Source of the DNA: a virus
Lineage: Duplodnaviria > Heunggongvirae > Uroviricota > Caudoviricetes
Strand: one strand, 5' to 3'
Length of the DNA: 41,435 bases
Virus record (IMG/VR): IMGVR_UViG_3300028886_000065
Shown: piece by piece, positions 25,726-34,097 of the stretch
Layout: the number at the start of each line of letters is the position of its first letter
Position numbering within the stretch: position 1 is the first letter of the stretch
The notes under the pieces: model-generated
Seen by the model: only the letters and a program-made list of their open reading frames with translations
Told to the model about the DNA's origin: nothing
The model's database searches: none
Translations under genes and position numbers: made by a program

Positions 25726-25985
25726 TGACAGATTTAGAGAACATCGAAAAAGAACTTGGAGGCAACAATGACTTTGTGTCATTCTGTATCATCTATGACA
25801 GGAAGAACAAGAAACTTCTCACCACGGTCAATGGAGATGAGAATATCATTGACAAGATGATGGCAAGAGCCGTCAACACAAACGACCGAGTGAAAGGGAT
25901 TGTAAGGCGCGTTTCAGCTTTCACCAACGAGTCAAGGATGCCTCCAAGTGATTTTCTTGACATATTCAAGAGATTCAAACATTGA
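25725..25985 (+). CDS. Hypothetical protein (86 aa)
   Basis: TAATG coupling at 25723-25727. Confidence 0.7.
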   Translation: MTDLENIEKELGGNNDFVSFCIIYDRKNKKLLTTVNGDENIIDKMMARAVNTNDRVKGIVRRVSAFTNESRMPPSDFLDIFKRFKH

Positions 25986-25991
25986 ACGATT

Positions 25992-26171
25992 ATGACAAAG
26001 TTACAGCAATACATATTGGATAAATCACAGCAAAGCATCAAAGAACTTCGATTGCAACTCAATGATGTGATGAAGTCGCCAGAAACTCTTTCTGGTGAAG
26101 AGTATATGAAAATTAAGACTTCATACGACCTTATTTGTCAGGCTAACGCAAAACTTTTCGGAAGCACCTAA
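25992..26171 (+). CDS. Hypothetical protein (59 aa; not in ORF track)
   Basis: MTKLQQYILDKSQQSIKELRLQLNDVMKSPETLSGEEYMKIKTSYDLICQANAKLFGST*. Confidence 0.6.
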   Translation: MTKLQQYILDKSQQSIKELRLQLNDVMKSPETLSGEEYMKIKTSYDLICQANAKLFGST

Positions 26172-26202
26172 CACGGGTGTTTGAAGAATTAGAAAATAGA
26201 TT

Positions 26203-27060
26203 ATGGAATCTTATAAGATTATAAACGGAAAATCAATATATACACCGAAAGGTGCTGCATTGGAATACGGACGTGTCGGCTGTAACTTCTACATTGGCTG
26301 TCCGCATGATTGCGAATATTGTTACCTCAAACGTGGCGCACCATCGAAGCAACTTGGAGGTAAAGAGGTTCGACTGAAGAAGTGCTTCAAGGATGAAATG
26401 GACGCTCTCGAAGTATTTTGCAAAGAGGTTCGGAAGCATATAGACCACCTCAAAGAGACGGGCGTATTCTTCTCTTTCACTACCGATCCAATGATTCAAG
26501 AGGCAATAGGTCTCACATTGTCTGCATGGAATATGTGCATTTACAATGACATTCCTGTTAAAGTGCTGACAAAGGATGCTTCTTTCGTTGACCACAAACG
26601 GATGCAGTTGAACTACAAGTCAAATGCAGTAAGGGATTTAGTGCATTTCGGTTTCACTCTTACAGGTCGTGACGATATGGAGTCTATGGCATCAAGCAAC
26701 GCTGACCGAATAAAGGCTATGAAACGGCTTCACGATATGGGCTTTAAGACTTGGGCGAGTATTGAGCCTGTCATTGATTGGGAATCATCGTCAAAAATGG
26801 TCTTAGAAACATTAGGCTGTTGTGATCACTACAAGATTGGCTTGCGAAGCGGTGTCAAACGTGACTACTACGACTTCAAAGAAACTGCAGATATAGTAAA
26901 CTCTCTTACTGTTGCTATTAGAAACGCTGGTCGTACTGTCTATCTCAAACAGAGCATCCGCAACTTCTTAGGAAATGCAATGCCTGGTGATGATTGGCAG
27001 AAGATTCTTAGCCGTACCGTTGACATGGATGGCAATGAATGGAACAACCTACAAATATAA
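26203..27060 (+). CDS. Radical SAM protein (SplB-like clade)
   Basis: NFYIGCPHDCEYCY (CxxxCxxC); FSFTTDP; VLTK; SIEP. Confidence 0.85.
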   Translation: MESYKIINGKSIYTPKGAALEYGRVGCNFYIGCPHDCEYCYLKRGAPSKQLGGKEVRLKKCFKDEMDALEVFCKEVRKHIDHLKETGVFFSFTTDPMIQEAIGLTLSAWNMCIYNDIPVKVLTKDASFVDHKRMQLNYKSNAVRDLVHFGFTLTGRDDMESMASSNADRIKAMKRLHDMGFKTWASIEPVIDWESSSKMVLETLGCCDHYKIGLRSGVKRDYYDFKETADIVNSLTVAIRNAGRTVYLKQSIRNFLGNAMPGDDWQKILSRTVDMDGNEWNNLQI

Positions 27061-27066
27061 TAAGGT

Positions 27067-27942
27067 ATGGAATTAAAGTTAAACCAAAAGAAGTTCATTG
27101 AGGATTTGCTTTCTCGTCTTACTGCTAACGAGCCTGCGCGAGTCGCAATAGAATACGCACTACAAGAACAGGGCATGAGATTCTATAATGGTGCAGTCGT
27201 ACCGATTATGAATCCTACTTTTGACTCCGAACATAACACAGAAAATACAGGTGATTTGACTGACTTTGAGAATGCAATGATGCACATAGGAGGCTCTTTC
27301 TTTGGAGATAATGCAGGATTAAACCCGAATGATACAAATGCAATAAAAGAGCAGGCAAACCTTCTATTAAGCATGGCACCAAAGCAAGAATGGAGTGAAG
27401 AGGATGAAAGAAAAAGAAACCATTGCATTGCTTTCCTAAATCATCCTGATATGATAATAGCAACTCCAACTGTAGCAAAGGGTTGTAAGGAGTGGCTCAA
27501 ATCCCTAAGACCTCAACCAAAAAATGAGTGGAATGAAGAAGATTCCTATATGCTTGGTCAGGCAATTAAATGCATAAATAATTCAGGAAAACTTGATGTA
27601 TCAACGGAAGAAATAGAAGATTGGCTCAAATCTCTCGAAGAAAGAGTGCAGCCTCAGAATAATATTGTTACTGATGAAGAACTTGCCCAAGCAAAGAAAG
27701 ATGCTTATAACAATGCTCTTGACAAAATTGAATATCATAGTGGAGAACCTTCATTTGATGATGGTTGGAGTGCTGCAATATGGTATCTAAAAACGAGAAA
27801 TACACAACCTCAGAACATTTGGAAGCCAAGTGATGAGCAAATGTGGGCTTTAAGTACCTTGGCAAATATTCCAGAAAGTGCTTCTGATACTTGTAAAAAG
27901 AATGCACAAGAGCTTTTAGAACAATTAAAGAAACTAAAATAA
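27067..27942 (+). CDS. Modular phage protein with EWxEED / WLKSL repeats
   Basis: EWSEEDE, EWNEEDS, WKPSDEQM; WLKSL occurs twice. Confidence 0.75.
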   Translation: MELKLNQKKFIEDLLSRLTANEPARVAIEYALQEQGMRFYNGAVVPIMNPTFDSEHNTENTGDLTDFENAMMHIGGSFFGDNAGLNPNDTNAIKEQANLLLSMAPKQEWSEEDERKRNHCIAFLNHPDMIIATPTVAKGCKEWLKSLRPQPKNEWNEEDSYMLGQAIKCINNSGKLDVSTEEIEDWLKSLEERVQPQNNIVTDEELAQAKKDAYNNALDKIEYHSGEPSFDDGWSAAIWYLKTRNTQPQNIWKPSDEQMWALSTLANIPESASDTCKKNAQELLEQLKKLK

Positions 27943-27949
27943 TAAACTT

Positions 27950-28186
27950 ATGAAAGCAAACGAAGCGCCAGAGAAAATCTATTTCAGTGGCCAGCAACAA
28001 TGGTCTAACCCTTTTATTGGCTTAATGCAAAAGTGTGCTGACACGGATATTGAATACACCCGCACTGATGCCTTTATTGAGAAGGCTGTAGATTATATTG
28101 CCAATAATATGCGATGCGATGGTTATACATCGCAGACTAAGGCAAAATTTATAAAAAGTTTCAAAAACTATATGAAAGGAGAGTAA
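27950..28186 (+). CDS. Hypothetical protein (78 aa)
   Basis: MKANEAPEKIY...DIEYTRTDAFIEKA. Confidence 0.7.
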   Translation: MKANEAPEKIYFSGQQQWSNPFIGLMQKCADTDIEYTRTDAFIEKAVDYIANNMRCDGYTSQTKAKFIKSFKNYMKGE

Positions 28187-28190
28187 TGGT

Positions 28191-28391
28191 ATGGAATTAC
28201 AAGAAGTAATAGAACATGTAAAAGGTGAATACAAATCAGACCTCGCAAAACAGATAGCAGAAAAACTTGTGATTCTGGGGGCTGAACACATTAAGTATGT
28301 AAAAGAAGGTAAGTATTCTTTTAATCACGGTATGAACGTAGGGCAAACTAAAGCATTATCTTGGGTGTTAGAACGACTTAAAAATGAATAA
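28191..28391 (+). CDS. Hypothetical protein (66 aa)
   Basis: Fits the operon. Confidence 0.65.
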   Translation: MELQEVIEHVKGEYKSDLAKQIAEKLVILGAEHIKYVKEGKYSFNHGMNVGQTKALSWVLERLKNE

Positions 28392-28397
28392 ATAATT

Positions 28398-28784
28398 ATG
28401 GAACAGTATATACCAAAATCCGCTTTAGTAGCGGAGATAGAGAAAAAAATAAAGAACCTTTACCCAAAAGGTGGTCAAGGTATGGTTGTAACAAAGATAT
28501 TAAAAGACCACTACGAGGACTTACTTTCTTTCATCAACACCATTGAAGTGAAACATGATTCTTTGGAGAATTTCAAATCTTTGCAGCATATCAGCGGAGA
28601 CTTAAAATCCACATTGCAAGATTGGGGATATGCTCCAAATCTATATTTCTTTGATACAATGTGGCACGTTTCCTGGATTAGTTGTGAAGAAGGCGATGGT
28701 ATAAAAGACTTTGACGGTAATACTCCAGAGGAGGCTATTGATAAAGCATATAATTGGTTTCATTCAACTTTTTGTAATAGTTAA
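28398..28784 (+). CDS. Hypothetical protein; N-terminus paralogous to the next gene
   Basis: MEQYIPKSALVAEIEK. Confidence 0.7.
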   Translation: MEQYIPKSALVAEIEKKIKNLYPKGGQGMVVTKILKDHYEDLLSFINTIEVKHDSLENFKSLQHISGDLKSTLQDWGYAPNLYFFDTMWHVSWISCEEGDGIKDFDGNTPEEAIDKAYNWFHSTFCNS

Positions 28785-28795
28785 TAAATTGGACT

Positions 28796-29158
28796 ATGAT
28801 ACAGTACATTGACAAAGATACTTTAGTAGCAGAGATAGAGAATTTGGAAAATACCTATAAAAAATGCCCAACTCGTAACTCTTATGAAGAAGGATTAAAA
28901 GAGGGCAGACTTATTGGGTATAAAGATGCTTTGTATAAAATCGACACCCTTGAAGTGAAAGAGGTGGACTTGGAGAAAGAGCTGGAGGTTGATTTACTCC
29001 AAGAGTTTAATGATTTTCTTGAAAGAGAAAATGCCTATGTAGATGATGATTGTGCAATCTTTTATTATAACGGAAGCACTTTCAACCATACATGTGACAT
29101 CTACCCTATCGCCAAGCATTTCTATGAACTTGGCCTTAAAGCACAGAAAGGAGAATAA
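28796..29158 (+). CDS. Hypothetical protein
   Basis: MIQYIDKDTLVAEIEN...AKHFYELGLKAQKGE. Confidence 0.7.
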   Translation: MIQYIDKDTLVAEIENLENTYKKCPTRNSYEEGLKEGRLIGYKDALYKIDTLEVKEVDLEKELEVDLLQEFNDFLERENAYVDDDCAIFYYNGSTFNHTCDIYPIAKHFYELGLKAQKGE

Positions 29159-29160
29159 CT

Positions 29161-29415
29161 ATTGCAACAATTAAAGCATATACAGATTTAGAACAAAGCA
29201 AGCCAACGGAATACGTGACGGCAAAGTTACCTATCACAGATAATCTTGCACTTGCTGACAAGTTGATGGATATTATCTGCCAAAAGTCTATTGTAGATGT
29301 TGACACGGAAGACATACCAAAAGAGAGGTATCACGACCGCACGTTTCCAAAGGACTTCTGGAAGAAGAAAAAGGCAAAACGTAGAATACAAAAGCAATCT
29401 CGAAAACGCAAATAG
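29161..29415 (+). CDS. Hypothetical protein with an ATT (lost or non-canonical) start
   Basis: ATT at 29161 is in frame with GTG 29215; IATIKAYTDLEQSK...; basic tail. Confidence 0.45.
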   Translation: MATIKAYTDLEQSKPTEYVTAKLPITDNLALADKLMDIICQKSIVDVDTEDIPKERYHDRTFPKDFWKKKKAKRRIQKQSRKRK

Positions 29416-29437
29416 TTTGGAAAACAAAGTAAAGAAT

Positions 29438-29737
29438 ATGAAGAAAAAAGTAACAGCAAACACAGTTCTGTATATTGCAATCATACTTGCAATAGCAATC
29501 GTAGGTGCTATCCTTTGTGGATGCACCGAACATGGAAAGGCAAGAAAGTGGGGCGGTCAAATGACGATCACTTTGCCAAAAGGTCAAAAACTTCTCAAAG
29601 CGACTTGGAAAGAGGCTTCTTTGTGGTATCTCACAGAGCCAATGGATTCCGACTACGTGCCGAAGACAAAGACATTCCGTGAAGATTCCAGATTTGGAGT
29701 TTTTGAAGGTGAAATAACTTTCGTTGAAAGCAGATAG
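29438..29737 (+). CDS. Putative lipoprotein (99 aa)
   Basis: MKKK, hydrophobic signal, then ILCG-C; CTEHGKARKWGGQMTITLPKG. Confidence 0.75.
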   Translation: MKKKVTANTVLYIAIILAIAIVGAILCGCTEHGKARKWGGQMTITLPKGQKLLKATWKEASLWYLTEPMDSDYVPKTKTFREDSRFGVFEGEITFVESR

Positions 29738-29739
29738 AT

Positions 29740-30018
29740 ATGGGAGCGTTTATTTCAAAACAGCCAAACGGAAAGTATTGCAGATTCTCAACATTTGTCG
29801 ATACTTTAACACACATCAATATGACAGAAGAAGAATATATTGAAATGTGTGCCGAAAGAGCAAGGGAAGAAGCCCGTGACGTTCTTAAAAACCACATTCA
29901 ACCATTTAGCATGGTAAAAGAATATTTCCTGCCAAATAACAATACGGTAGAAGAGTTCAATGATATGTTGAAAGAAATGGGAGAAACAGAACTTCTTGAT
30001 CCAAAAGATTACGGCTAA
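29740..30018 (+). CDS. Conserved phage hypothetical protein (92 aa)
   Basis: MGAFISKQPNGKYCRFST. Confidence 0.7.
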   Translation: MGAFISKQPNGKYCRFSTFVDTLTHINMTEEEYIEMCAERAREEARDVLKNHIQPFSMVKEYFLPNNNTVEEFNDMLKEMGETELLDPKDYG

Positions 30019-30050
30019 TAGTATTTTATTATCAATAAAACTCAAACATT

Positions 30051-30641
30051 ATGAAACATATTCAATTATGTGTGCCTGACGATCAGGCTGAACTTTTTGC
30101 AGAGAAACTTTCTGCTTTAGTCAAAGAGTGTGGAGGTGACATCGACACCAGTAACAAGCCCAATCCATTCATCTACAATGACAAAATCCCTATCTGGGAG
30201 AGAATCAAGACCGTTGAGGATGCCATTGCCATAACTGGAATGACATTGCCGGACAACATCGACGAACTGCCTCTTGACGTACAGGCAATGCTAAAACTCC
30301 GTATCATCTGTGCCGCTTACAACGAACTGAAGGCTGATCAACTCGACCAGTTCCCGAAGTTTACGCCTGACGAATACCGATACTATCCTTGGTTCTACCT
30401 CTACACTCAGGAAGAGATTGATGCCATGACAGAGGAAGAGCGAAGCCGTGTTCTCGGTCGCTCGTACTACTACGCGAGCGCGCACGCGGGTGTCGCCTGT
30501 TCGTTCGCGAGTCACGCTGCATCGTACTCGAGCGCGAGCTACGGCGGGCGGCTCTGCTTCAAAACGGAAAAACTCGCAAGCGAGTGCGGAAAGCGTTTCA
30601 CGAAATTGTGGGGGCAGTTCTTTGCTTTTCTCACAGAATAG
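30051..30641 (+). CDS. Second DGR target protein (196 aa), non-structural context
   Basis: C-terminal RVLGRSYYYASAHAGVACSFASHAASYSSASYGGRLCF is encoded by VR2. Confidence 0.9.
   Translation: MKHIQLCVPDDQAELFAEKLSALVKECGGDIDTSNKPNPFIYNDKIPIWERIKTVEDAIAITGMTLPDNIDELPLDVQAMLKLRIICAAYNELKADQLDQFPKFTPDEYRYYPWFYLYTQEEIDAMTEEERSRVLGRSYYYASAHAGVACSFASHAASYSSASYGGRLCFKTEKLASECGKRFTKLWGQFFAFLTE
30445..30558 (+). repeat. DGR variable repeat VR2 (remote, inverted relative to TR)
   Basis: 114-nt match to TR with 16 mismatches, all at TR adenines. Confidence 0.95.
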
Positions 30642-30662
30642 AATAATTTTGCATCCTTAACT

Positions 30663-31529
30663 ATGGAAGAGAATTATTTGCGAGACAAAAGTTTCGGCTT
30701 TGAGATTGCACACGTACTTAGAGAACTTGGGTTCAGAAAAGAATCCAAGTTCTACTACGTCAAAGCAGGAAAAATAGTTGGTTCATTCCCAATGAGACAA
30801 AACAATTTCTGGAACTTTAAGCATTACGACTTCAATAAGAGTGACAGATTTGTTCCGTCTATGGGTGAACCTTGGATTCAGAATAACCATTATAACTTTC
30901 CAATCTTTGATAATTTTGGATTCTCTGGCTATATCTGTACTTGCCCAACCTACAAACAGGTCTTTGATTTTTGTGATAGCATCGGAATCACTCTATCTAA
31001 CAAGAAATGTTCGTCCATAATTCTTTGCGACCTTATATTGTTCTACAGAAAGAAAGTTCATCAAGACCGTGCTTTTGAAAAATATTGGAAAATCATAATG
31101 AGTACAATGAACGGGTACGACCATGATACAATACTGTCACAAAATAATGGAGTTGAATATAAAAAGCACGACAAATGGGTAAAAGAACATCTGCAAGAGA
31201 TTCGTTCAAAAACAGCAATGAGTCCAAGGGGTGAATGGTTTTGGTACGCTTCTGTCTTCGATGGTCACATCTATGCAATCGGCGAAGAGCAAGGTAACTA
31301 TGCAGGTGGAGACCTCTGTTCCGTAAGAGGTGGTGAAAACCGCCTAAAAGCCTTTATTGAGGAAAGAATGGCCAACGCCAGCCCTGACTCATACGAAGGC
31401 TCTCTATATGAAAAGATAAAGGATATGCCAGTTGCTACTTTTGAAATGTATCAGGAAATGGAACGTACATTGCTTGAATTAGCAAAGGAAGACGCAATAC
31501 ATGGGAAATTCCCCTCTAATTTCCCATGA
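30663..31529 (+). CDS. Hypothetical protein (288 aa)
   Basis: Last gene of the rightward cluster. Confidence 0.7.
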   Translation: MEENYLRDKSFGFEIAHVLRELGFRKESKFYYVKAGKIVGSFPMRQNNFWNFKHYDFNKSDRFVPSMGEPWIQNNHYNFPIFDNFGFSGYICTCPTYKQVFDFCDSIGITLSNKKCSSIILCDLILFYRKKVHQDRAFEKYWKIIMSTMNGYDHDTILSQNNGVEYKKHDKWVKEHLQEIRSKTAMSPRGEWFWYASVFDGHIYAIGEEQGNYAGGDLCSVRGGENRLKAFIEERMANASPDSYEGSLYEKIKDMPVATFEMYQEMERTLLELAKEDAIHGKFPSNFP

Positions 31530-31545
31530 TTTCCTGCGAAGATAA

Positions 31546-31586
31546 AAATCCGCTGTCAGTCAACAACTTAAACTGGCAGCGGATTT
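31546..31586. terminator. Bidirectional terminator between convergent operons
   Basis: AAATCCGCTGTCAGT-N11-ACTGGCAGCGGATTT. Confidence 0.85.
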
Positions 31587-31601
31587 ACTCTGCAAATAAG
31601 A

Positions 31602-32165
31602 TTAAAACAGACTAACTGTTACGCCAACACCTATAAACGGTTCAAACTGCTTGGAGAGGAATCCATAACCATAACCGCCAATGATTCCGACATTCCATCG
31701 CCGGAACTTCTTTTGTTCAATAGTTTCGGTCTTGACAATAGTCATTGTAACTTCTCTCTGCCTTATGAAGATACTATCAAGTCTCGTTTCATAACCGCTA
31801 ACGTATGCAGTATAGGAACTATCAGAGTAAACTTTCTGCATAATAGGCACTTCTACCAAAACACTATCTCCCACAAGTTGGTTCTCTGCGGTTTCCACGA
31901 AAAGAGTATCAATAGCAACCGTTCCAGATGCGTCATAGTCTGGTTCTGCAACCTTAAGCACCCGTGTAACATACCTCACGACAACACTATCCCGTGGAAT
32001 AGGCTGGTAGAAAGTTACGGTATCGACAACAGTGACATACGAAGTGTCAGAGTGAAAGGATGGCTTGCCTCCTTGACTGACACCAGCACGCCATCCAAAA
32101 TAGCTGGAAAGGAACATAAGACCAATCAGTCCTACGACCCAAAGCAGATTCTTCAAAGCATCCAT
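31602..32165 (-). CDS. Membrane-anchored lysis-cassette protein, possibly spanin-like
   Basis: N-terminal TM helix; directly after the endolysin; C-terminal GIIGGYGYG...FIGVGVTVSLF. Confidence 0.55.
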   Translation of the reverse strand: MDALKNLLWVVGLIGLMFLSSYFGWRAGVSQGGKPSFHSDTSYVTVVDTVTFYQPIPRDSVVVRYVTRVLKVAEPDYDASGTVAIDTLFVETAENQLVGDSVLVEVPIMQKVYSDSSYTAYVSGYETRLDSIFIRQREVTMTIVKTETIEQKKFRRWNVGIIGGYGYGFLSKQFEPFIGVGVTVSLF

Positions 32166-32599
32166 AACTTAACCTCCTCTGCTCTACGTCGCATTAAACC
32201 AGGCAACACAGTGAGCTTACCGTTGACACGCCCTTTGTTCCATTTCTTGAACTCAGCGGCGATCTCTTCATCCTTCGCACAAGCAAGAATTTTCTTCTTC
32301 AAGGTTGAGGTGTTGAAATTTCCCTCTCCTACATTGAAGATGAAACTCACAAGAGCATCAAACTGTCCTTGACGAAGATTCAGCCTCAAATCGTTAATCA
32401 GCTTCTCGCATGGCTTAATGTCTTCAATTAGCAGGTTATCGGCTATCTCCTGAGTGATAGTCATATCTTGTTTGACACCTCTTGTATGACCATAACCTAT
32501 CGTCCAGACACCTGCAGGACACTTATATGCGTTGAGTTTAAGACCCTCACTCGTCTTGATAAGAGCCAGTCCGTCATTACTTGTAGTCATAAGTCGCAT
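32153..32599 (-). CDS. Endolysin, GH24 phage lysozyme
   Basis: SEGLKLNAYKCPAGVWTIGYGHT (E-x8-C/D-x5-T triad); QGQFDALVSFIFNVG; LPGLMRRRAEE. Confidence 0.95.
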   Translation of the reverse strand: MRLMTTSNDGLALIKTSEGLKLNAYKCPAGVWTIGYGHTRGVKQDMTITQEIADNLLIEDIKPCEKLINDLRLNLRQGQFDALVSFIFNVGEGNFNTSTLKKKILACAKDEEIAAEFKKWNKGRVNGKLTVLPGLMRRRAEEVKLWML

Positions 32600-32602
32600 G
32601 TG

Positions 32603-33091
32603 TTATTCAAAGTTTACGTTATCGTCCAAGTCCGGGGTTTCGTCGCCTGTAGTGTATTGGCGCAACGCTTCTGCAAGGATGGATGCAAGTTCTTCCTTGT
32701 TGATAAGTTGAGCACCAGTAGTGGCTATCTTCGCCATGCGGCGGCGTTGTTTGTCTTCGGCCTTCTCATATACAGACCACAATTCAACACCACATAGGAT
32801 GATACCCATGAGGATGACTACACAAGGAACGTCATAGCTTCTATCAATGAAGAGATAGAGACCAAAATGCAGTAAGACATCTATACATTGGGCAATCAGA
32901 AGGATGCCCTCATAGATGAGGAACTTTGTCAGTGTACGCGAAAAACCGTAGGAAGTGTGGGCTTCACCAAGAAGTTTGGCCTTACGCCAACCACTCACCA
33001 AGTCAACAGCCATCGCAATAATGACTATTAGCATGGATATAACACTGACCATACACATGAGTCCGAGACCATCAAAGATTGTTGTTTCCAT
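32603..33091 (-). CDS. Holin
   Basis: AMAVDLVSGWRKAK...SYGFSRTLTK; 3 TM segments; upstream of the lysozyme; start set at METT (33091). Confidence 0.8.
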   Translation of the reverse strand: METTIFDGLGLMCMVSVISMLIVIIAMAVDLVSGWRKAKLLGEAHTSYGFSRTLTKFLIYEGILLIAQCIDVLLHFGLYLFIDRSYDVPCVVILMGIILCGVELWSVYEKAEDKQRRRMAKIATTGAQLINKEELASILAEALRQYTTGDETPDLDDNVNFE

Positions 33092-33105
33092 ATTAAAATA
33101 TTTTG

Positions 33106-33576
33106 TTAAGTTAGACAATACACAAAGATTGTCAGCATACAAGAAACTTCTACCCAGAAAAAGTTCTTGCTGCTGTCTTTCTCAAACAGAGTGTAGCCGA
33201 TATACAGGAACCACAACAACAGGATAAGAGGCTGATTAAAAGCCACAAGCAATTGTGAAGTGATTCCTGCGACGGCTGCACACACATAATGAATAGTGTT
33301 TCGTTCCTTTGCTACAAGAGGCAATGCGCCGACACCCATGATTCCTGACACCATGAAGAAAGCAAGGAAACGTGTAGCATCGGAAGACTTCTCCATCAAC
33401 ATAGGCACAATGGCGAATGAGACGAGAAACATCACGATAGTAAACACCCATTCCCATTTCCGCGAAAACTGATACACAGTGGCAGAAATGCTTTCCGGGA
33501 TGCTTTTCGTGACGATGGCCATGGCCACGACATACGCGACAATGACAATCATTGCAATGATAACCAGACTACTCAT
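33106..33576 (-). CDS. Multi-pass membrane protein
   Basis: About 5-6 hydrophobic segments; 8-nt overlap with the upstream stop. Confidence 0.75.
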   Translation of the reverse strand: MSSLVIIAMIVIVAYVVAMAIVTKSIPESISATVYQFSRKWEWVFTIVMFLVSFAIVPMLMEKSSDATRFLAFFMVSGIMGVGALPLVAKERNTIHYVCAAVAGITSQLLVAFNQPLILLLWFLYIGYTLFEKDSSKNFFWVEVSCMLTIFVYCLT

Positions 33577-34072
33577 AACCGAATACGCTCATGTCAAGAC
33601 CATCCTTCTCCTGCCAGCCCTCATCGAGAGTTTGCTGGATGAAAGAGACGGCACTAAGGTAAAACCTTGTCAGTTCCTCAACACTCTCAAACTGGTAGTA
33701 AGTCGGATTACCATCTCCATCCTCACCGAGTTTGAATGTCATGGGCAAACTTGAACCATTGGTAATCATCGCCACACGCTGAGCCTCAGAAAAGTTACGC
33801 TGGTTCTCTTCACTGAGCCATACAGCAATTGTATCATCAGAATCGGCGGGTTTCCACTTGAATCCTCTCAGAATCTTTTCGTCAACGCACTCATTGATGT
33901 GGGCAATGAGGACGCTGTGAACTTCATCCTTGGTTGGAATGTGTGTAAAAACATGCCGATAGTCATAGCCTTGACCATCTTCTTCGCCATAGCCGTAGAT
34001 GAGCATGGCGCGTTTCGTACCGAAAACAAGCAATTGGTCATGTCGTTCGGTTGCTCCAAAAGTCTTTTCCAT
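33569..34072 (-). CDS. DUF4376-like tail-associated protein
   Basis: VWLSEENQRNF...LPMTFKLG...ELTRFYLSAVSFIQQTLDEGWQEKD. Confidence 0.6.
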   Translation of the reverse strand: MEKTFGATERHDQLLVFGTKRAMLIYGYGEEDGQGYDYRHVFTHIPTKDEVHSVLIAHINECVDEKILRGFKWKPADSDDTIAVWLSEENQRNFSEAQRVAMITNGSSLPMTFKLGEDGDGNPTYYQFESVEELTRFYLSAVSFIQQTLDEGWQEKDGLDMSVFGYE

Positions 34073-34097
34073 AATTTCTATTTTTTAAATGTTTGAC

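Noticed and set aside
55-33571. Genome-wide TAG-to-Gln recoding (code 15), suggested by the amber codon at 3196
   Set aside because: TAG behaves as a real stop elsewhere: it overlaps the next start at 5586 and 33569; readthrough at 21474 would fuse a gene onto canonical thyA; readthrough at 20422 would run through the terminator into the integrase antisense. No suppressor tRNA is seen in the window.
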